Shown one piece after another: positions 31,038 to 41,300 of a stretch of DNA of 64,000 nt; positions within the stretch are counted from its first letter, which is position 1; the number at the start of each line of letters is the position of its first letter. The stretch comes from Eledone cirrhosa (Eukaryota): positions 27,962,001 through 28,026,000 of the forward strand of contig OZ024741.1 in NCBI GenBank assembly GCA_964016885.1, read 5' to 3'. The position numbers were made by a program, and so were the translations under genes. The notes under the pieces are model-generated. The model ran no database searches, had not been told where the DNA came from, and saw only the letters and a program-made list of their open reading frames with translations.

Positions 31038-34000
31038 CATCTGATCTCCCACAATACTGGTGCCATGACAAAAACGGCACTGAGTCCCCTCTGTATGGTG
31101 ATCTGGTACCACAACAACAAAAGGATACAGTCCACTCTGTGAGGTGGTTGTGCTGGCAATTTGATAAGAGGCAACATCCATCCACTCTGTAAGGTGGTCG
31201 TGTTAGTGTGGATTTAGTGTATAGCAGTGGTTCTCAAACTTGTTGAACCTTCCTTATACAATTTTCAAGAAATTGCAGAAGCCATACCTATATTTAAGGA
31301 CAATTTCCACCACTATAATAAGACATTAAATGAAACAAAATTTATTTTAAAGAGACCATTTATTCATTTAAAAAGAAAAACAGATTAAATGTTTATTAAA
31401 AGTTATATTTCACAGAGCTTTAAAGTTCCTCTGACCCAGTTTAGGAAACAATGATCTGAGAATTCAATGTTATTTGTTACATTTGTTTCGTAGGTGTGAA
31501 CAGATCTTACTTGACCAAGATCCTCTACCAAGCCATGCCCTCAAACTGTTTGCTATTCTTCTGGCTCACAGTCCTGGCTTTATTAAATACATTGAAAAAC
31601 ACTCCCTGATTGCTGTCATTTTCCAGATTTTGTTAGTAAGTAAGACCCCTCAATTTAATTATTTTAAGTACCATTATAAAATAATTATTATCCAAATATA
31701 ATATATCTACTACAAGAATTTTAAGGCTGTCTTATAGTCCTTGCTCTTTCTCTCCTTTTCTTCACATTTATGGCATTTATAGTTCTTTCCTCTACTTTCC
31801 TATATAGCCAGACCTGCTCTTTTTTACTCTTTCCCCCATCTGAAAACTGAAAATGCTACAGCTATCGCTGGTGGGGCCCCTCCCACTGCAGGGGGCCTGA
31901 GTTAATTGACCCTTTTGCTCCCCATTAAATTCGGGCATGCCTATGTGTTTTAATTAATTCCGGAAATAACCCCAAATTTGATACAGTTTAATAAAATAAC
32001 TGTTTTCCTTGGTAAGCTGATATTTAGAACATTACTTAATAAAAATTTCTGAAATAAAATTATGATGGAAGATTTTAATACAAGTATAAACATTTAAAAA
32101 TTAAGTTTTGTAACATTCAAGCTGGTTTCATGTGGTTTGGTATCAAAATGGTTCCTATTTAAATTAAAATCTTTCTTCATAATTTTATATAAAGACCATA
32201 AGATGAGCCAATGTTTTAGTAATGAAATAATTGATAATTTTAGTAAATCCCTCACAATTCTTCATTAACTAATTGAAATAGAGAATATTTCATTAGGAAT
32301 ACTAGCAGAAAAACCACCCTTCGGGTGGTTTTTTGCTAGCATGTGTAGTGTGTATATTGATATTATACGCAAGTATATATACATGTAGATATGATCAAAT
32401 AAAATCTTAGTGACAATATACACAGAAATTGAACGAAGACTGTGTTACACTGTCTTATGTAATCAGTAATGTAATCCATGATACATTAAAAAAAGACGAT
32501 ATTATCTATAAACTGCATTAGGAGAAAATTAGTGACAGAAAATTAATTGTTTCTACTTTAGGCACAAGGCCAGCAATTACCCAGTGCATTACTGGTACTT
32601 TATTTTATCGACCCTGTAAGGATGAAAGGCAAAGTCAACCTCGGCGGGAGTGACAAAAAATTAATATGTTTATTTAAGCGATCGCCACCGGAAGTGTTGA
32701 CATTTGAAAATGTTAAAGAAGTGAATCTTTAGATAAATAATAAAATATATTTAATGAAGAGCCACAAAATTTAGTAGATAAATTATGTAATATTCATTCA
32801 TTATTTATTCAAAGTAATCCATCTTATTTTACTAATGGGATAAAAAATTATAAACCGTACGCAGTCCCGCGCTTCTTACTTTATTATATTCAATTCAATT
32901 CAATATATTTGGCAGAAATTAAAACATAGATGCTTCAGATGCCATGTAAGGAGGGGAGGGGGGCAAAATTTACACAGTCGGAAACACAGTGGTCCAACAC
33001 CGGTCTAATTTCGCCTTGAATTGTTGCGTGGTTGACGCGTTGACTACTTCTTCTGGAAACTGATTCCAGGGTCCAGAGATGCGGATCGAGAAAGCAGCTT
33101 TCCGTCTATTTAGGCGAAAGTGGCGGTGAAACAGCTTTTTGTCATGTCCACGTAGACCCCTTTCAAGTTTAGATGGTAAGAAAAAGGGTTAAAACTATGT
33201 TTTTATTTTTAGGATCACCAACATAATCCTGTTAGTAGTGCTGTGAAGACTATTGTGAAAATATTGCGTAGCATTGTGGGACATAAGGAGACTAATATGT
33301 CAGACTTATATGAACAAGGTGAGTAATATTGTGTTGCATTGTGGGATATAAGGAGACTAATATGTCAGAATTATATGAAGAAGGTGAGTAATATTATGTT
33401 GCATTGTGGGATATTTTTCTCCCATCAAAGTCTTCCCTTCCTGTTAGTCGACCTGTTATCCCACTATATTCTTGTGTACCCAAGATTTACATTGTGTAGA
33501 GATTATGCCTACTCCATTTCTACATATTGAGCATATGTACCTGTAATGAATTCCTACTCCATTTCTACATATTGAGCATATGTACCCGTAATGAATTCCT
33601 ACTCCATTTCTACATATTGAGCATATGTACCTGTAATGAATTCCTACTCCATTTCTACATATTGAGCATATGTACCTGTAATGAATTCCTACTCCATTTC
33701 TACATATTGAGCATATGTACCTGTAATGAATTCCTACTCCATTTCTACATATTGAGCATATGTACCTGTAATGAATTCCTACTCCATTTCTACATATTGA
33801 GCATATGTACCTGTAATGAATTTCTACTCCATTTCTACATATTGAGCATATGTACCTGTAATGAATGCCTACTCCATTTCTACATATTGAGCATATGTAC
33901 CTGTAATGAATTCCTACTCCATTTCTACATATTGAGCATATGTACCTGTAATGAATTCCTACTCCATTTCTACATATTGAGCATATGTACCTGTAATGAA

Positions 34001-34896
34001 TTTCTACTCCATTTCTACATATTGAGCATATGTACCTGTAATGAATGCCTACTCCATTTCTACATATTGAGCATATGTACCTGTAATGAATTCCTACTCC
34101 ATTTCTACATATTGAGCATATGTACCTGTAATGAATTCCTACTCCATTTCTACATATTGAGCATATGTACCTGTAATGAATTTCTACTCCATTTCTACAT
34201 ATTGAGCATATGTACCTGTAATGAATTCCTACTCCATTACAGGTACATATTGAGCATATGTACCTGTAATGAATTTCTCAAGAACATTCAGAATGACTCA
34301 GTGTCTGTCAAGATTGGCCCTTTAAATTAAATTTTCCAAGCTAGGTGGACTGGAGCAACATGAAATAAAGTGTCTTGCTCAAGGACACAATGCACCACTT
34401 GGAATCTAACTTATAAATCTATGATCATGAGCCACACATCCTAACTACTAAGCCATCCACCATCACTACAGTATATGTCACAGCAGTACACACCTTTACA
34501 AATACCATTACAGTTTCTCATGTGTTTCAAAATCTTTTGTGTTTAGGTTTGATTAATCAGTTAATAGGACTGATATCTGAATTAAACCCTACCTGTATGG
34601 AACCAGGGAACCCCAGTTACAAAGTCTCTGTGGAAATGTTGCATGACCTTTTGGATACAATTTACAACAACCTGAAGTATATCTCCGATGTTGTGAGGAG
34701 GGTAATTCAGGTAAGTAAAGATTCAGCATCTCATTACTTAATAACCTATATGCATGACCATTAAATAATTTACTTAATCAAATGGGCTGGGGTTCTGTTC
34801 CACCATGTGGCACCTTGGTCAAGTGTCCCCTACTATAGCTTCAACTTAACACCAATGCCTTATGAGTGGAATTTGATAGAAACTGTGTGGAAGCCC

Positions 34897-34958
<62 letters not shown>

Positions 34959-35321
34959 AGAAAAACCACAGACCCTCCATCTCAACTCTACTTTTGAAAA
35001 GCAGAAGAACTGCGAAACTGGTAAAGGAACCAAATGAATATATATATTTTTAAAAAAAATAAGACTCCAGTTGCATTTTCGATTTCATCTTTTTTTCTTT
35101 ATACTTTCACTCGTGTAGGACACCTCGGTTATTTTTCATTTTGTAAAAAAAACCTCACTTTCTAATATATATATATATATATATGTGTGTATGTATGTAT
35201 ATATATATATATATATTATGGCTATGTCATGAGACTTATTACTCTGGAGTTTCATGTGTAATCACAGGTTCATCAAGCATATATATGTATGTATGTATGT
35301 GTGTATATATATATGAATGTG

Positions 35322-35358
<37 letters not shown>

Positions 35359-38300
35359 TAATTTACTTTTCACTTCTGTATTTCAAACTTGCATTGGACT
35401 GTCTTTCCCCAAACAATCTTACCACATATTCCACAATGTCTCATATCAATTATACATATATATATTCCTGGTGTTTTCTAGGCCAAAAAACATGGAATCG
35501 AAGACATTAACAACAGCAACAGAGCTGAGCAGTTACTTCTCTTAAACAAAGCCTTTATAGATGTCAATCCATTACTTATTCAACTGGTAGAGTATTTTTA
35601 CTTTTGGTTTTATCTCTTTTTACATTCATTTGTCTGTGTTGAATTAGGCAGTCAAAGTTGCCTCTTTTGAAGTTGGCTCTTTCGATGTTGACTCTTTTGA
35701 AGTTGCCTCTGTCGAAATTGCCTCTGTCGAAATTGCCTCTGTCGAAGTTGCCTCTGTCGAAGTTGCCTCTGTCAAAGTTGACTCTGTCAAAGTTGCCTCT
35801 GTCGAAGTTGCCTCTGTCGAAGTTGCCTCTGTCAAAGTTGACTCTGTCAAAGTTGCTTGTGTTGAATTTGCCTCTGTTCAACATCATCTTCCATTTTGTT
35901 AAGGTCAATAAATAACGTACCAGTCTAATACTGGCGTTGATTCTTCCTCTATATCTCTCTCATTTCTTTTCTCTTTCTTTCTTTCTCTGGAAGAATCTGG
36001 TTGTGTTCAGACCTCGAGAGGGATGGACTCCACCAGGTTTAAATGCCGAAGACACATTGTATATCACTATGGCACCATTACAACTCAAGAGATCAGAGCC
36101 AAAGTCAGAGTGTACAGCATTCCTATGACTCAGAGATCAGAACCCATGACATGGTATACAATATATCACAACAGTGCCCCTATGACTAAGTCAGGAGATA
36201 AGGGTCCATGGCATGATATACAATATATCACAACAGTGCCCCTATGACTAAGTCAGGAGATAAGGGTCCATGACATGGTATACAATATATCACAACAGTG
36301 CCCCTAGGGCCCATGGCATGGTATACAATATATCACAACAGTGCCCCTATGACTAAGTCAGGAGATAAGGGTCCATGACATGGTATACAATATATCACAA
36401 CAGTGCCCCTATGACTAAGTCAGGAGATAAGGGTCCATGACATGGTATACAATATATCACAACAGTGCCCCTATGCTTAAGTCAGCTGTTCAGAGCCCAT
36501 GACATGGTATACAATATATCCAAGGTTGACATACCACTATGTTTATAATACAAACTATGTTTATTATATTCCTAGATGTGTCATTCTGATGGTGAAATCC
36601 AGGAAATTGCAACTAAACTGTTGTCATTGACAGCTCAGTTATTTGGTGGAGAGTATCAAGATGCTTTATCGCATGACAATATGGTAATTAACACTTTTAA
36701 CCCTTTAACATTTAAACCAGCTGCATCCAGCCAGAATTCTCTCACCCCTTTCTGTTCAAACCAGCCATATCCAGCCAGAATTCTCTCACCCCTTTCTGTT
36801 CAAACCAGCCATATCTGGCCAGAATTCTCTCATCTCTTTCTGTTCAAACCAGCCATATCTGGCCAGAATTCTCTCATCTCTTTCTGTTCAAACCAGCCAT
36901 ATCCAGCCAGAATTCTCTCATCACTTTGTTTAATCCAGCCATATCCAGCCAGGATTCTCTCACCTCTTTCTGTTCAAACCAGCCAAAACTGGCCACTCAT
37001 GCTAACATTGTTCTAAAAATAAATTACATCAAAATCTCGTGGCTTCGGTATTATGTGAGATACTTATGTGAGATACCTTTACCACAAAAATACAATAGTA
37101 AATATAGATAATGTAAATGCTAAAGGGTCAATATTGATCTGGTCAAAACCAGCTCTGGTTCTATGAAACAAAACCACTCATTTTCAGGGGTTCCTATTTA
37201 AATCAAAATTTTCCAAAATAATTTTATATAAGAACCAAGAATATGATTGTGAATACAAGTGGCCGAAATGTGGTTCCTCCGAAGGGGCTTAGGAATAAGG
37301 TTACTTGATAGAATGCGTCACTCTAGGTAGAGCCACTACTTCTCCGATTTGAGAGATCACAGCTCCAATACTATGGGCATGTGGTTAGAATGTCTCAGGA
37401 AAGAATCACTGGACAGATTTTATAGACAAAACCAACAGGTAGGAGACCCAAGGGTAGATTCTGAGCAAGATGGTTGGATAACTTCTATGAGCTTGGCTGG
37501 TCTCACTTGGGGATTCAGCCGGATCAGTTGGAGACAGTTACTTCTGACGGGACCTGCTTGAAGGAGTATTTGAGGACTCTTACCTCACGACCCTCTTAGG
37601 AGTAAGTGGGCGAAGAAGAAGAAATTTGTTGTGACTTTATTTGCTCTTCATTACCTTGGGTTTGATTAACCGTTTTATAACAAACTACCTGAAGCTTCTT
37701 CTAGTTTTATCTTACAGAACTGTTTGTTTTAAAATGTTTATATTTATTTAAAAACCTTCCATCCTAATTTCATGCAAGAACTTGAATTAAGTTATGTTCC
37801 AAATACCATCATTAAGATGAGAAAACTAGTTATATTACTAAATCGCTCCAAATTCTTGATTATTTTCAAAGTTGTTAAAAAAAAAACGTAAACTGTTTTT
37901 CATTTGAAATATGGTAACAAAAGCTTGTAAAAATAATCTGGGTTTTTTCAGCTAACTATGTTCCACTACTATGAAAATAGGATTTTATATCAATGCCAAT
38001 CATATATCCATCCTTCTATCTATCTACCTACCTACCTACCTACCTACCTACCTACCTACCTACCCTTCTATCCATCTATCTGCCTGCCTACCTACCTACC
38101 CTCCTATCCATCCATCTATCTACCTACCTACCTACCTACCTACCTACCCTTCTATCCATCTACCTACCTACCTACCTACCTACCTACCTACCTACCTACC
38201 TACCCTTCTATCCATCTATCTACCTACCTACCTACCTACCTACCTACCTACCTACCTACCTACCTACCTACCTACCTACCTACCTACCTACCTACCTACC

Positions 38301-41300
38301 TACCTACCTACCTACCTACCTACCTACCTACCTACCTACCCTTCTCTCCATCTACCTACCTACCTACCTACCTACCTACCCTTCTATCCATCTACCTACC
38401 TGCCTACCTACCTACCTACCTACCTACCTACCTACCTACCTACCTACCCTTCTATCCATCTACCTACCTGCCTACCTACCTACCTACCTACCCTTCTATC
38501 CATCTATCTACCTCCAGGTATTCTACTGTAAAGCATTGAAAATTGCTGACAGCAAAAGACAGAAATTGATTCTACGGATTATAAAACGTTTTGTAAGTAT
38601 TAGCTCTTTTGATGCTAACCTGGTCAAAACTGGCTTTGGTTTTATGAAACATAACCACTCATTTTCAAGGGTTCCTATTTGAATCAAATCTTGTTACATA
38701 ATTTATATAAGAATTATCTGTTAACTAAAGAAATAATATATAAGAACCATATCTTAGTAATGAAATTATTAATAATTTTATGAAATCTCTTTAAAATTCT
38801 TTATTAATTGAAATAGAGTGCATTTCATTAGAAATATAGTCTCAAGAGGGTTAAAGGTTTCAAATTAAAATCTTCTAACATAGTTTTATATAAGAATTAA
38901 ATTACTATCTTAATAATGAAATAATTGATACTTGCCTCATGGAAATTCTATGGTTGTTGAAAACTAAGACAATAATTATTCTGACATAGATTTGTTATTT
39001 CATTATACTGTAAACGTGTTTGGTGTTAGGAAGGGCATCCAGTTGTAAAAATCCCAGCTAAAATACAATTCCTTGTGACCAAGGCACAGTGCGGCCAGCT
39101 GATCAGACTTGTCTCATGATGTGGGCAACCCATCTAACACATGCAAGTATGGAAAAATAGATGTTTAATGTTGATGATGATGATGATTATAGTATCATTT
39201 GAATCCTTATACTGTTAATTATCATCATCATAATCTATACCATTAATTTAGATTAATGGTTTTAGTGATAATTGTTCCCTTTTGCTTATTAGTATTAACT
39301 ACCATAAAACATCAGTTAATTTCTTGCTTCTAGAAAATGCAATATTTCTTCGTCTTGAGTCATCCCTCTTTTGAAGGTGAAGCATTCATTTTGTTTTATC
39401 TAATGGCTAGAATATATGCAGCTTGCCACACCTGCATACTCATAGATTTCTCTGCTAACTAGAGCAGTTACGTCAACCCATTTTCGAATTAGTAGTTGAT
39501 CATCTGCGAAACCACTGGTGTTCATGATGCTGAGGTCATCTAATTAAACTGATGATCGTCACATCAGCTACTGCTTACAATGAGATAAGCAGGATTTTTA
39601 TTGAGGCTTACTCCACTAGATCCAACCTGTCCTGCTAGACTGTCCTACGATAGCCACAGGTTGGTCTTTGAACTGATAGAGGCTAGGTGCTCAGCTTGAA
39701 TGAGCATATATTGCACGTCATCAGTTTGTGTGGTTTTGTTGCATGATTTGGGATGGGTTGGTATCAAAAGGGTTAAATAAAATGTGACTTTTTCTCTTGG
39801 ATTCCATCTTAGTGCTAAAGTTGTTATATTATTGCCTGCACCTGTAAGGTGTTATTTTGAAGTTTCATTGTGTTTTGTCCATAACAGGTGACAGTTGAAC
39901 AACACCACACTGATGCCTTAAAAGAGAATGGAATGGAGCTGTTAAATGTAATTAAATCACTCAGTCAAACAGCTAGGTGAGTAAATATTATTTTCAATTG
40001 GAATTATAATTCACATTCCTATATATATATAGAGGATGATGGGAATATAGCCAGTGTTGGGAAAAGAAATGGAATAAGATGGCTGGGTCATGTGTTGAGG
40101 AAGGATGAATGTGATTGCGTGAGAGGAATAGCGCTAGAGGTCAAAATGGAGAAGCTTGTCATGGGGCCCACATAGCTAACTCCTGCTTTAGCAGGAAAAA
40201 TGGCCTTAAAATGCTTGTTTTGTATCAGTATAAAATAGATACACTATATCCTTGCATGCTGTATTATGAGGAAACAAATTCAAGGCGGCATTAAACTGTA
40301 GTTATATCTGTTGTGAAAGATCATTTTGGCTCACTCACACAAATTCTTCATGTTTGAATGTTGAATTTTTTTACTTTCTTCACATTCTCTTAATAATGTG
40401 TATCAAGTTTGAATGTTGAATTATATAGCTGCCTTCATATTCTTCTCTCAATAATGCATATCAAGACAAAACAAGTAAACAATCAATTGAAGGTAAATTC
40501 TTTCTTTCTGTTTATTCATTCATGCAATTTATAACATTATTACACCATCATCATCATCATCATCATCATCATCATTTTACGTCCGCTTTTCCCTGCTTGC
40601 AAGGGTGGGACGGGTCTTATTCAGCACAGCATCTCTCCACTCGTCACGGTCCCTCGTCATCTCCACCGTGAGCTTCAATGATCTGAGGTCTGTTCTCACC
40701 ACCTCCGCCCATGTTTTTCGTGGTCTACCTCTACCACGTCTTCCTTCAACTGGCATTTCCTGGCACTTCTTCACCCATCGGTCATCCTCCATGCGCATCA
40801 CATGTCCATACCACCTCAGTCTCCTCTCCCGTACACTACATTCTATCCCTCTCAGACACAGTTTCTCTCTCAACACATTTATGCTGGGTCGTTCACGCAC
40901 ATTTACACTGCACATCCAACGGAGCATGCTTGCCTCATTTCTCTCCAGCCGTCGCATATCTTTTGCGGTAGCTGCCCATGTCTCACTACCATGCAGCATC
41001 GCGCTCCTCACACAGGCATCATACAACCGGCCTTTCGTACGCAGGGAGAAACCCTTCTTCGTCAACAGAGGAAGCAGCTCCCTAAACTTCTTCCAACCCG
41101 TCCTCATTCTAGATACTATGGCCTCGGAACACCCTCCTCCCATGCTAATCTGATCTCCTAGGTACCGGAAGCTATCCACCACTTCTATAGCGCCCTCTCG
41201 CATTTGAAAAATGTGTCTATCAGTGCGACTTCTACTGTCTAATTTCCCTGTACATCTACTGCATACATATTTCTCCCTACCTGTTAGTTTGCCTGCTATC

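Noticed and set aside
32303-32340. Hairpin flanked by A and T runs resembling a bidirectional rho-independent terminator
   Set aside because: Eukaryotic intron; better explained as a transposon (Helitron-like) terminal palindrome.
33527-34330. 267-aa ([15 protein letters not shown])n ORF
   Set aside because: Stop-free frame of a 45-bp minisatellite; no splice or start context.
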